Assembly (NCBI GenBank): GCA_965221485.1
Contig: OZ244893.1
Span: 1,861,410 to 1,925,409 of the forward strand
DNA: 64,000 nucleotides
From: Alphaproteobacteria bacterium
GTDB lineage: Bacteria; Pseudomonadota; Alphaproteobacteria; MPNO01; UBA830
Direction of reading: 5' to 3'
Below are positions 40,702 through 50,588 of the stretch, in pieces (positions within the stretch are counted from its first letter, which is position 1; every line of letters begins with the position of its first letter). The notes beneath the pieces were generated by a model, which did not search any database, had not been told where the DNA came from, and saw only the letters and a list, made by a program, of their open reading frames with translations. A program made the position numbers and the translations under genes.

Positions 40702-42024
40702 TCAGGGCATGCTGTCCGGAACAAGGAGTGCGATCTCCGGAAAGGCGACAAGAACGCCAATCAGGAAAATCTGGGCGATAACAAACGGAAATACGCCCGC
40801 AAAGATCCGACCAATCGGGACATCGGCAGCAATTCCCTTGATTACGAATACGTTCATGCCGATAGGCGGCGTGATCAGACCAAGCTCCACAATCATAACG
40901 ACGATGATTCCGAACCACACCGGATCGAATCCAAGCGCATTGACGATAGGAAAGAAAATCGGAATGGTCAGAAGGACCATGGCGAGAGAGTCGAGGAAAG
41001 AACCGATCACGATATAGATCAACAGGATGAGAAGCAGCACCTGGAGCCGGCTGATCTGCAGCCCCTCGATCCAGTCGCTGATCTGATCGGGTACCGAAGC
41101 CAGGATCAGAAAGTTGTTGAACAGAATGGCGCCGATCAGGATCGTAAAGATCATCGCCGTGGTCTTGACGGTATCGATCAGGCTGTCCTTCAGGAGGCCT
41201 GCACTGAAAGTCCGGTTGAAGAGCGAAAGCACCAGGGCGCCGATCGCACCGATACTGGCAGCTTCCGTGGGCGAGAAGATCCCTGCATAAATCCCGCCGA
41301 TGACAAGAATGAACAGAAGCGAGACCCCCCAGACATCGCGCAACGCGCGAAGACGTGCCCGCAGCGACGCACGTTCCGCTCTGGGTCCGTATTCCGGGCG
41401 GATATGCGTCACGATCGAAATAACGGCCATGAACACGATCACCGTGAGAATGCCGGGCAGAATCCCGGCCAGAAACAGCTTCGAAATGCTGGTTTCGGTG
41501 AGAAGGCCGTAGAGCACCATCAGCACACTTGGCGGAATCAGGATACCGATTGTTCCGCCAGCGGCAATCGCCCCCGTAGCCAGGCGATCATCATAGTTGT
41601 AGCGTCGCATTTCGGGCAGCGCGACCTGGCTCATGGTCGCCGCGGTGGCCAGACTCGAACCACAAATGGCCGCAAAAGCACCGCAGCCGCCCACCGTCGC
41701 CAGGGCAAGACCTCCCCTGCGATGGCCGAGCCATGAATTGCACGCTCGATAAAGCGCCTCGCTCAAGCCCGCACGGCTGGCAATAAATCCCATCAGCAGA
41801 AACATGGGCAACACGGACAGGTCGTAGGTTATCGCCGTTTCGTACGCCGTCTGGCCGATCAGATTCAGCGCCGCATTGAAGTCGATCAGCACGCCAATGC
41901 CAAGAGACGCGGACAGGCCCATGGCAAGGCCGATGGGCATGCCGGCCGCAAGAAGGACAAACAGGAGGCCGAGAATCAGAAGGGACAGGATCGACGGATC
42001 CAACGAACGTCTCGCTATCGACAA
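40702..42024 (-). CDS. TRAP transporter large permease (DctM family)
   Basis: 440 aa, GHRRGGLALATVGGCGAFAAICGSS and PPIGMNVFV blocks. Confidence 0.9.
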   Translation of the reverse strand: MSIARRSLDPSILSLLILGLLFVLLAAGMPIGLAMGLSASLGIGVLIDFNAALNLIGQTAYETAITYDLSVLPMFLLMGFIASRAGLSEALYRACNSWLGHRRGGLALATVGGCGAFAAICGSSLATAATMSQVALPEMRRYNYDDRLATGAIAAGGTIGILIPPSVLMVLYGLLTETSISKLFLAGILPGILTVIVFMAVISIVTHIRPEYGPRAERASLRARLRALRDVWGVSLLFILVIGGIYAGIFSPTEAASIGAIGALVLSLFNRTFSAGLLKDSLIDTVKTTAMIFTILIGAILFNNFLILASVPDQISDWIEGLQISRLQVLLLILLIYIVIGSFLDSLAMVLLTIPIFFPIVNALGFDPVWFGIIVVMIVELGLITPPIGMNVFVIKGIAADVPIGRIFAGVFPFVIAQIFLIGVLVAFPEIALLVPDSMP

Positions 42025-42055
42025 CCAGAGGCGTGCATCTCGAGGAAGGCAGGTC

Positions 42056-42595
42056 CTAGTGACCGCCGGAGCGCGCGGTCAGGTCGGTGAGCGCGCTCCG
42101 GGCATGGATCAGAAATCCGGTGAGCAGAAAAACGCTTCCGGCCGTCATGACGAAGGCGACCGGCCAGATCGGCCAGAAAAGGATCTGTGTCTTCACATCG
42201 ACAACAAACAGGCTGTATGCGTGCAGCGCAAGTCTCCAGACAATGACGCCAAAAAAGGCCAGCCCGAACAGATTGACGCACAGCGAAAGAACGGCTCGGA
42301 GCCGTCCACGCAAGCGCCCGACGACCAGGTCGACCGACACATGAGCCCGTTCATGGGTTGTCAATCCAATAGCCAGATAGACGATCAGTCCCATCGCCTG
42401 TTCGGTCATTTCAACTGAAAACGTCAGGGGCAGGGCGAAGACATAGCGTAGCAGGACATCAACAAAAGTGATGACGGCAAGCATCGCGAGCACGAACGCG
42501 GACGCACCGGCAAGCCATCGGGTCATGCACCGGTTCAGACCGACGACCAACCCGCTGTCGAGCGTGCGCTCCCCGTCCGTTACGTCTTCACTCAT
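42056..42595 (-). CDS. TRAP transporter small permease (DctQ family)
   Basis: 179 aa, 4 TM, between dctP and dctM. Confidence 0.8.
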   Translation of the reverse strand: MSEDVTDGERTLDSGLVVGLNRCMTRWLAGASAFVLAMLAVITFVDVLLRYVFALPLTFSVEMTEQAMGLIVYLAIGLTTHERAHVSVDLVVGRLRGRLRAVLSLCVNLFGLAFFGVIVWRLALHAYSLFVVDVKTQILFWPIWPVAFVMTAGSVFLLTGFLIHARSALTDLTARSGGH

Positions 42596-42604
42596 GAAGC
42601 GATC

Positions 42605-43633
42605 TTACTTCTTCCCGGCCTCTTCACTGACAATAGACTTGAAGTCGGCCAGCAGCGCCTCGCCATCAAGACCCATGTCGTTTGTTCTCTTGATCCAGTT
42701 GGCCTGGACCGCAGCGACGACCGACCGCCAATTCTCGAGACTGGTCGGGCTCAGAGCCGAGATTTCATGCTCTTTGCGCGTGACAACTTCGGCGCGGCTC
42801 GCAACGTCTCCGCTCTCCCAGCCGATAGCATAGGTATTGGATCCTGCATATCCGCTGGCTTTCCAGAGCGCATCCTTGTTCGCATCCGACAAGCCGGCAA
42901 ACGACTTGTGATTAAGAACGACCGAAAAGGCCGCGGTATAGAGACCACCGGGGATTTCGAGATGATGCCTGACCAGCTTGTGGAGCCGGAAGCCGCGCAT
43001 CGCCTCCCACGGGAAGAGCACCGCGTCAACGGTACCGCGCTGCAGGGCCTCATGGACCTGGGTGGCCGGCATCGAGACAACAGTCAGTCCCAGCGCCTTG
43101 CAGACATCAACTGCTGTACCGGCTGCACGCACCTTGACTCCCTTGAGGTCGGCAAGGCCCGTGACCTTCTTTTTCGTGTGCAGCACCCCCGGTCCATGAA
43201 CGAATGCGTTCAAGAGAATGGTATCGCCATATTCCCGCTTCGCGAAATCGTGTTTGGCGTACCATTTCCAGAGAGCACGAGAACAGATCGTCGCACTCGG
43301 GCACAGGAAAGGAAGCTCTGCAATTCTGTAAAGATGATACCGTCCCGGCGTATACCCGGCGACAATCCAGGCAAGGTCGCGAACACCATTCTTGGCGAGA
43401 TCATACTGGCCCGGCGGTTTCGCCAGTGGGGCCTTGTCCACCTTGACCGACAAATTGCCTGCAGAGGCGGCAATGACCGCCTGGTTCCAGGACTCGATGG
43501 TCCGCGTCATGTGATGGACGGCAGGAACCCAGTTCGCCATCTTCAGGGTCTGTTTTTCTGCTGTCGCCGCCCCCGACGCGAGCAACAGCGCTGCGCCTGC
43601 AACAGACGCGAGGATTGCGGATCCTTGTTTCAT
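42605..43633 (-). CDS. TRAP transporter substrate-binding protein (DctP family)
   Basis: ORF 42605..43672 trimmed to MKQGSAIL preceded by GGGAGAA. Signal peptide. Confidence 0.85.
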   Translation of the reverse strand: MKQGSAILASVAGAALLLASGAATAEKQTLKMANWVPAVHHMTRTIESWNQAVIAASAGNLSVKVDKAPLAKPPGQYDLAKNGVRDLAWIVAGYTPGRYHLYRIAELPFLCPSATICSRALWKWYAKHDFAKREYGDTILLNAFVHGPGVLHTKKKVTGLADLKGVKVRAAGTAVDVCKALGLTVVSMPATQVHEALQRGTVDAVLFPWEAMRGFRLHKLVRHHLEIPGGLYTAAFSVVLNHKSFAGLSDANKDALWKASGYAGSNTYAIGWESGDVASRAEVVTRKEHEISALSPTSLENWRSVVAAVQANWIKRTNDMGLDGEALLADFKSIVSEEAGKK

Positions 43634-43735
43634 TTGTTTTCTCCCTGTCTTCGGTTTCAGAAACTCATTCATCCATTTTGCAACCCGGTGTCGCGGTCCG
43701 GCAGCCCATCGGTTCAGAAAACCGTGACAGCGGGA

Positions 43736-44887
43736 TCACCAGAGTTGCCGGGTGGCAAGCCGGGCTCCTTCGGCCATGGCTTCGAACTTTGCCCAGATCA
43801 CAGTGGGATGGACTTCAGTATGATAACAGGCCTGCGAGGAAAATCCGCAATCGCCGCCAGCAATGACCCTTTCCCGGCCGACCCTTTGGGCGAAGCGGGC
43901 AATCCGTTCGGCAATAAACTCAGGATGTTCAACGATATTGCTGGAATGGGTAATGACGCCCGGAATCAGTATCCGCCCTTCCGGAAGCTTCAGATCTTCC
44001 CAGATGCGATATTCATGCTCATGGCGCGGATTGGCTGCCTCGAACGAGTATGCACCGGCCTTGATGCGTAACATGTAGCCCGCCACTTCCCGCATCGGCG
44101 CCTCATGGATTCGTGGCCCCTGATTGATCCCGTAGCAAGTGTGATAGCGAATCCGGTCTTCGGGCACGTGGCGTACCGCGTGATTGATGGCGTCAACGTA
44201 GAGATTTGCCTTGTCCTGCCTCTGCCTGTCATCGAGCGCCGGGTCGACAAGCATGTCACAGAGAAACGGGTCGTCGATCTGAAGCAGGAAGCCGGCTTCC
44301 ACGATGGCTTCGTATTCCTCCCGCAGCGCTTCGGCCAAAGCCTCGGCAAATTCCTCCTCGGTTCCATAATGGCTGTTGGTGCCGATTCCGGCCGGTGAAA
44401 CTGCCGGCATGAAGATGTCCTCGCAGTCAAGCCCGTCGAGCGCAGACTTCAGATTGTCGATATCGCGCTGCAGGGCATCGTGCCCCTTGTAACGTATCGG
44501 TGCGACACAGGTCATGGTGTCGATCTGCTTGATTGCAGCACCGTATATCGCCCGTGCGAAATACTGCTCGTAATATTCCGGAAAGGCCGCCTTCTCTGCG
44601 ACGAACATGTTGACGGGCTCGTCGGGTTGGGGTGCAAACCCTTCAATCCTCTCGTCGACGTATGAAAAGAAGCCGGTCTTCGACATCTCGCCATCGGTCA
44701 CGATGTCTATACCACAGGCAATCTGGCGCCCTACCACCTCACACACGGCCTGCCGGACTTCGGTTTGATAGGCGTTTTCGTGACGGTCTTCGCCAGACAA
44801 TCTCGCCTTCATCGCATCAAGAACCGGTACAGTGCGGGGCAGGCTGCCCGCGTGGGTCGTCAGGATGCGCTCCTGGCTTGCCTCCAT
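43736..44887 (-). CDS. short cobalamin-independent methionine synthase (MetE C-terminal domain)-like methyltransferase
   Basis: 383 aa, roughly half the length of canonical MetE. UROD/MetE-like barrel with MetE-family blocks (ILTTHAGSLPR, D.GE...F, C.GI, H.CYG, IPGV..H). First gene in the same-strand string with the TRAP genes at 40702..43633. Confidence 0.75.
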   Translation of the reverse strand: MEASQERILTTHAGSLPRTVPVLDAMKARLSGEDRHENAYQTEVRQAVCEVVGRQIACGIDIVTDGEMSKTGFFSYVDERIEGFAPQPDEPVNMFVAEKAAFPEYYEQYFARAIYGAAIKQIDTMTCVAPIRYKGHDALQRDIDNLKSALDGLDCEDIFMPAVSPAGIGTNSHYGTEEEFAEALAEALREEYEAIVEAGFLLQIDDPFLCDMLVDPALDDRQRQDKANLYVDAINHAVRHVPEDRIRYHTCYGINQGPRIHEAPMREVAGYMLRIKAGAYSFEAANPRHEHEYRIWEDLKLPEGRILIPGVITHSSNIVEHPEFIAERIARFAQRVGRERVIAGGDCGFSSQACYHTEVHPTVIWAKFEAMAEGARLATRQLW

Positions 44888-45233
44888 GCGTCTCCGCCCC
44901 CGGACTCTACCCGTGTTTGATCATAATCTGTCGGACACAACGGCCCGATCCGACGCCGCATTCCCTTTCGGGATGCGCTCCTGCCAAGGGCGGTCGGATA
45001 ACCGAATTATAGTCTTGTGAATGCCTGGCTGCAATTTTTGCCGTCCTGCAGATCAGGCGGCCGGAGCCGGCCGCGAGCACGTCCACCCTGATGCGGTCTG
45101 AACAAGCAGCAAGAGCAGAAACCGGAAACTCCCGATAACTGGTTCTTTCCGGCGACACCGGTGAGGCCATCCCGGAAAGGCCCTGAGAGTCTGTGCGTTC
45201 CGCCAGAGCGCCCGCACGACCCTGTCAGACCGG

Positions 45234-45656
45234 TCAGGCGCGGCCAGACGCAGGTGTTACGGTCTCCTGGCCAGCGCTTCCAATTCGCGCGGTCACCTCA
45301 ATCTCCACCTTCATTTCGGGCAGCGCCAGCGCCGCGATGATCGTGGTGTTGGCCGGACGAATATCGGCGAAAACCTCTCCGATGACTTCACACACCGGAT
45401 TCAGGTCATCACGGTCGACGATATAAACCACGATCCGCAGTATATCGGCCATGCTGGCGCCGGCTTCGCCAAGCGCGTTTTCGATGTGACGGAGTGCCAG
45501 TCTGGTCTGGTCGGACGCACTGTCCGGAAAGGTCCCGGTTTCGCGGTCCATGCCGGTGGTTCCGGACACGTAGACCATGTCATGATCGACGACCGCCCGG
45601 GAAAAACTTGCCAGATCCTCGAACGGTGTCCCACTGGATATGCGCTGTCTGCTCAT
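45234..45656 (-). CDS. RidA family protein (YjgF/enamine-imine deaminase-like)
   Basis: ORF 45234..45773 trimmed to MSRQRISS preceded by AAGGAAA, giving 140 aa. RidA fold motifs (HDMVYVSG, RIVVYI, ARIG). Confidence 0.8.
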   Translation of the reverse strand: MSRQRISSGTPFEDLASFSRAVVDHDMVYVSGTTGMDRETGTFPDSASDQTRLALRHIENALGEAGASMADILRIVVYIVDRDDLNPVCEVIGEVFADIRPANTTIIAALALPEMKVEIEVTARIGSAGQETVTPASGRA

Positions 45657-45666
45657 CGTTGTTTCC

Positions 45667-46830
45667 TTACAGCTTGCTGTCCCTGCTCGGCAGACCCAGC
45701 AGGATACGTCCATAATTCGCACCCTGGGCATCCCAGGCAAGCGCGATATGAGAGACGAGCGTATGCATGTCACGCCAGTGGCGCTGCAATCGGGATCCTT
45801 CGGTATTGCCGGTTGCTCCGCCCAGCGCCATCAACCGCTCGACTGCCTGCTGGAGAAGCCGGGCTGCGAATGCGTCATTGCGTCGCCATCGGTGGCGCTC
45901 CTCGAGATCCGGGACTTCGTCTGCCTCCGCCCTGGCGTGCACTTCCTGGCAGTCCCGCCTCAACACTGTCCACGCAGCATCGATCTCGGCAGCCGCCTCG
46001 CCGATGCGAAGCTGGGCTGTCGGCTCCTCGGCCAGTCTGGAACCGCTCTGCATACGCTGGGTGTCCAGTCTCTCGATCACCAGCGACAACACGCCGCGAG
46101 CAATGCCCACCGCAGGAGCCACGATACCCTTGCCGAACAGCGAGAACAGTGGCATCCGGTAGAGCGGCCCCGGATTGACCGCGCTGCCCCTTGTGGGCTC
46201 ACCGCGGCAAGCCTCCGAACGGATGGTTCGGTCCTCCGCGATAAACAGGTCGCGGCAGATCATTGATCTGGAGCCGGTCCCGCGCAGCCCGGTGGTATGC
46301 CAGTCATCAACAAGCTCCACGGCACTGACCGGCGCGAGGCCGTATCGGTGCTCGAGGCCGTTACCGTCCAGCCGCGGCGTCATCATGTTGAAATGGTTCC
46401 ACTGGCAAACATCGACGCCGCTTGCCAGAGTCCATGTTCCGTTCAGCAGATAGCCGCCATCGACCGGGACAACGCGAGCGTCAGCGGTTGGTGTCGATCC
46501 GGAAATCAATGCGTCGGAATCGTCCCCCCAGACCTCGTCCTGAGCGCAAGCATCAAACATGCCGTGCATCCAGCTGTGGCTTGCCACGACCGAATGGACC
46601 CAGGCTGTCGAACCGCAGGCGGTTCCGAGCTCGGCGGCAAGATCAACCTGCAACATGTAGTCAAGCTCGTAACCGCCGTATCGTCTGGGCAGGTATATCC
46701 TGTAGAGCCCGGCGTCCCGGAGCTCAGCCTGGGTCGCCTCGGGCAGCCTTCTGATGCGATCTGCTTCTGCCGCGCGGTCAGCAATTGCCGGAAGAAGGGC
46801 CCGGGCGCGATTGATCAGTTCATCGCGCAT
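45667..46830 (-). CDS. acyl-CoA dehydrogenase-family flavin-dependent monooxygenase (group D, two-component type)
   Basis: ORF 45667..46872 trimmed to MRDELINRARALLP. ACAD type-2 N-terminal (ADRIRRLPEATQAELRDAGLYRIYLPRRYGG) and C-terminal helical domain. No flavin reductase partner in window. Confidence 0.75.
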   Translation of the reverse strand: MRDELINRARALLPAIADRAAEADRIRRLPEATQAELRDAGLYRIYLPRRYGGYELDYMLQVDLAAELGTACGSTAWVHSVVASHSWMHGMFDACAQDEVWGDDSDALISGSTPTADARVVPVDGGYLLNGTWTLASGVDVCQWNHFNMMTPRLDGNGLEHRYGLAPVSAVELVDDWHTTGLRGTGSRSMICRDLFIAEDRTIRSEACRGEPTRGSAVNPGPLYRMPLFSLFGKGIVAPAVGIARGVLSLVIERLDTQRMQSGSRLAEEPTAQLRIGEAAAEIDAAWTVLRRDCQEVHARAEADEVPDLEERHRWRRNDAFAARLLQQAVERLMALGGATGNTEGSRLQRHWRDMHTLVSHIALAWDAQGANYGRILLGLPSRDSKL

Positions 46831-47719
46831 GATCACGTCAGTGCCGCTGCTCGTCCGTGCCACAATATTCACCCGGCATTCTTCGTCGACCCGATGGGTC
46901 GTTGCACATCAGGGCTTCCGGGACAAGGGCGGAACCCCGTCTGTTGAGATTTTCGCTCGCAGACGGACGGAATCCGGTCCCGCGCGGTGCTGAACGGAGA
47001 AGATGGGACCGCTCCACCACTCTTTCGTCCACAATTGGAAATTCTGACCCGCTCTGGCAGTTGGTCTTGCAAGCACCATGACCTCGCAGCACTCCATTTC
47101 ACGACAAACCCATCGAGAGGAGCCAGCTTATGGGCATGGGGAAGATCCGTGCAGGGCGGGAGGGGCCAGGTTTCCGATGCAGGTGAATTCACCTTTTTTG
47201 GCGGAGACAGCTTGTTTCCAGGCGGAAAAGGTCTCCGTGCATTTCTCTGCCTTCCTGCATGGCTGGTCCCGGAGGTCATATCGGTCATTGCCAAACACAT
47301 GCGTGTCAGAGAAACCATGGATCTGTAGACTCGGCCGCTGTCCCCGAATTGCCGTGGATGCAGCTGCAAGACGTCAGATCATTTGTGCATCCGGCAAATG
47401 AGGCGACAATGAGTGGCGACATCCACGCAGTTCTGGCAACCGCTTTCTTCCTGTCCACGGGTCAGACCTCGAAGAGCAGTACCGCCTGGCCGGCGGAAGC
47501 TGATCCCAATCGCGTTTGATCCACCGGTTCCCGAACGCACAGGAAATCCCAAACGGGGCGCGTGTTGCAGCCTGCAGGTGACCGGAACAGCGAGCCCGGG
47601 AAACAGACCAACCGGCAGGCAGTCAACCGTTTCCATATATTTGGACAGGCTGCAGTCTTGCCAGGGGAGCCTGTTGTCATACACTGACAAAAAAGCCACC
47701 GAAACGAGAAAAATCGGAC

Positions 47720-47980
47720 ATGGAGGTGTCTGTCCGCGCGGCAAAGGCGCACCTCTCTGAACTGATTGCCGCAACCTTCAATGGTGAGCGCGTGATCATT
47801 ACCAGGCATGGCCGACCTGTCGCAGACCTGTTGCATTGCGACCGTCGCGGCGGGATCGACTTTGACCGGCTTGAAGCGACGCGCAGGCGGCTCGGGATCG
47901 AGGGCGAGGGCGATGGATGGCCAGAGAAGTTCAATGATCCCGCATTGAGCCGCCGCCTACTTGGCCTCGAGGACGAGTAG
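47720..47980 (+). CDS. type II antitoxin, Phd/YefM family
   Basis: 86 aa. MEVSVRAAKAHLSELIAATFNGERVIITRHGRPVADL matches Phd/YefM N-terminal fold consensus. Confidence 0.7.
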   Translation: MEVSVRAAKAHLSELIAATFNGERVIITRHGRPVADLLHCDRRGGIDFDRLEATRRRLGIEGEGDGWPEKFNDPALSRRLLGLEDE

Positions 47981-48398
47981 TCGGACCCGCGATGCACGTT
48001 CTTCCTGGTACGTTTACCTGTTCAACTTCATGGACCGACCGGGAAATCTTTCGGAATCCGCACGCCGGTTTCTTTCGGCAAGTGGAACGGAGTTCTCTGC
48101 AAGCGCGGTCCCGATCTGGGAGATGCGTCTCAAGCACAACCTACGGTACCGACCAGGTCAGCGAGAAAGCCGCTTCGCTCCATATGATGTCCTCCCTGCC
48201 CCGGAAGACCAGGCTGTAGTGTTTCCGCCAATGACTGTGCGCCATGCCGCATGCCCGCCTGAGGTTCCAATTGACCACAAAGACCCCTTCGACGAATGGC
48301 TGCTGGTTCAGGCCCAAATCGAGGACTTGCCATTTCTTACAGTAAACAGGCGTTTGACCGGGTATCTGCTTCCAATTTCGGGCCATGAGCTTGCGTGA
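47961..48398 (+). CDS. type II toxin, PIN-domain nuclease (VapC-like, COG3744-type)
   Basis: 145 aa overlapping the Phd stop by 20 nt. SAVPIWEMRLKH and HKDPFDEWLLVQAQIEDLPFLT match the middle and C-terminal PIN motifs. The N-terminal LLDTH-type acidic motif is not obvious, so it is possibly degenerate. Confidence 0.5.
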   Translation: MASRTSSRTRDARSSWYVYLFNFMDRPGNLSESARRFLSASGTEFSASAVPIWEMRLKHNLRYRPGQRESRFAPYDVLPAPEDQAVVFPPMTVRHAACPPEVPIDHKDPFDEWLLVQAQIEDLPFLTVNRRLTGYLLPISGHELA

Positions 48399-48725
48399 GA
48401 GAATTCGCGCTGCACGACGCAATGCGATGGGACGCCGCTGAAAACAAGCAGGTGATTGCTGCCTGGAAGGCCAGGTGAACACATCACAGCCGCATCGGAT
48501 ACCCGCGGCTGAAAGGGCACGACCGGATCGCGACTGCCAGTCTTGGTCTCTGTAAAGACTGCCTTGAACAGAATGTCCGTGACTGCGAAGCAGTGGATTC
48601 TTACTTCGCTTGCATGCCCATGACCGGACCCTGGCCATCGGTGAAGATCTTCTGTGCCCGTTGCGGCGGCCAGTGACCCAACCTAGACTGACGATTGCCT
48701 GTTCACTCTGAAAAAGGGGAATTTC

Positions 48726-49142
48726 ATGAGCACCATGACGGAAACGGCGAGAGGATTTTATGTCGCATGCGAGAGTGGCAAGGGGTGGTCCGGTTGCGCT
48801 GAGTTTTGTCACCCGGGTGCGGGGTTCTCCGCACAGGCAGGCGCCCTGGCAGATATGAATACTCTGGAAGCCTATTGCGACTGGATGGCAGGCGTTCTGA
48901 CAATCCTGCCCGACGCCGGTTACGACCTGAAAGCAATCGGCGAAGATAAAGACACTGGGAGGGTCACAATGTTCGGAGTCTTTACCGGCACGCATACAGC
49001 TGACGGGGGTCCGGTCCCGCCCACCGGAAAGGCGACAAAATCCGACTATGTCTACGTGGCCGATATGCGCGATGGCAAAATCTCACATGTCACGAAAATC
49101 TGGAACGACGGATGGGCGTTCAATCAGCTCGGATGGGCATAG
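48726..49142 (+). CDS. SnoaL-like/ester cyclase (NTF2-like fold) protein
   Basis: 138 aa. AAAGGGGA RBS. Pattern of conserved aromatic/acidic residues of SnoaL-like cyclases. Weak family call. Confidence 0.55.
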   Translation: MSTMTETARGFYVACESGKGWSGCAEFCHPGAGFSAQAGALADMNTLEAYCDWMAGVLTILPDAGYDLKAIGEDKDTGRVTMFGVFTGTHTADGGPVPPTGKATKSDYVYVADMRDGKISHVTKIWNDGWAFNQLGWA

Positions 49143-49359
49143 CCACCCACAGAAAACCGGATCCACGAAGTCAGAACATGGTCCGGTGAGTCCCGATCCT
49201 TACGCGAATGGAGCCGGCTCTTCTTTGGACCCTGGCAGCTCGGGGTCGACTCGGGAAGCGAACGGAAGCCTGCAACCTGGACCCCGGACTCTTGTCCCCA
49301 CGTGATTACCTGTGGAGCCGTGCAAAGTGGGCCCTGACCCCGCCAACATCGGAAAGCCA

Positions 49360-50394
49360 ATGCCCCAAGGGAACCCCTGGACCAACCGGCACGACCATGA
49401 TTTCCTGATCCCGAACTTCCGGTTTGCCAACGGTGAGTTCCTGGATCAGCTGCGCCTTCACTATACGACACTGGGGGTTGCGCAAAGAGCCTCGGACGGC
49501 ACCATCAGCAACGCTGTCGTATTGCTGCACAATACCACGGGAACAAGTCAGACCTGGCTGCAGCCATCGCTGGCCGATCATTTGTTCGGGCCGGACCAGC
49601 CGCTTGATCTGGCCAGATGGTTTGTGGTCCTGCCCGACATGATTGGCTTTGGACAATCAAGCAAACCCAGTGACGGTCTGCGCGCAGGATTTCCGCATTA
49701 TCGTTATGACGACATGGTCGCATCCACCCATCGGCTCCTGACCGAGGGACTTGGCATCAGGCGCCTTCCGCTTCTTCTGGGCATTTCCATGGGAGGCATG
49801 TTGACCTGGCTTTATGGCGGGTACCATCCGGAGTTTATCGAACGGCTGGTCCCGATCGCATCACAGCCCGGCCCTATGAGCGGGCGCAACTGGATACAGC
49901 GACGCATCTCTATCGAAGCCATTCGCAACGATCCGGAATGGAACGAAGGAAACTACGTGACAAACCCGTCACGCTACGTGTTGACGGCCCCATACAGTGC
50001 GCTTCTGATCCAGAGCGTGGTACGGCTGCAGGAAAAGGCACCCACGCGCGAGGCAGGAGATGCCCTGTATCATCAGCTGGTGGACCGGGCCAGAAAGGGA
50101 GATGCAAACAACCGGCTGTATCAGCTGGAAGCGTCCATGGATTACGATCCGTCTCCTCTCATTGATCGGATCAGGTCAAACGTGCTGGCCATAAACTTCG
50201 AGGATGACGAGCTAAATCCCCCTGAGCTAGGAACCGTCGAACCTGTCATCGCCAGAATTCCGGGCGCCAGGTTTGTACTTGTCCCTGCGGGACCCGCGAC
50301 AAACGGACATTATTCTGCATCGCTCGCGAATCTCTGGGCTCCCTACCTTTCAGAATTCCTGACACAGATTCGGCTCGCGAAACACACTTGCTGA
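49360..50394 (+). CDS. alpha/beta hydrolase, homoserine O-acetyltransferase (MetX)-like family
   Basis: ORF 49312..50394 trimmed to MPQGNPW preceded by GGAAAG. Nucleophile elbow GISMGG, MetX-like length and fold. Function not assumed to be MetX. Confidence 0.7.
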   Translation: MPQGNPWTNRHDHDFLIPNFRFANGEFLDQLRLHYTTLGVAQRASDGTISNAVVLLHNTTGTSQTWLQPSLADHLFGPDQPLDLARWFVVLPDMIGFGQSSKPSDGLRAGFPHYRYDDMVASTHRLLTEGLGIRRLPLLLGISMGGMLTWLYGGYHPEFIERLVPIASQPGPMSGRNWIQRRISIEAIRNDPEWNEGNYVTNPSRYVLTAPYSALLIQSVVRLQEKAPTREAGDALYHQLVDRARKGDANNRLYQLEASMDYDPSPLIDRIRSNVLAINFEDDELNPPELGTVEPVIARIPGARFVLVPAGPATNGHYSASLANLWAPYLSEFLTQIRLAKHTC

Positions 50395-50588
50395 ACGCCG
50401 AAGAGCCGGTGGCCCGGAGATCGCCGGAATCTCGTACACAGCCGCTGGACACAGGTGTTTGCATCCCTGTAGCCGCCAGAAACATCGGAAGGCGTTGAGC
50501 ACGAACAGTGCTCCCTCATGCCGGGTTTGAAGATCGGGACAACCGCAATTCCCCGAGCATTGAAACTTCGGTAGGCCTGCGCTCCCGT

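Noticed and set aside
42767-44071. 434-aa plus-strand ORF
   Set aside because: Antisense across dctP and the MetE-like gene. Shadow ORF.
48141-48995. 284-aa minus-strand ORF
   Set aside because: Runs antisense through the PIN toxin and SnoaL-like genes. No family resemblance.
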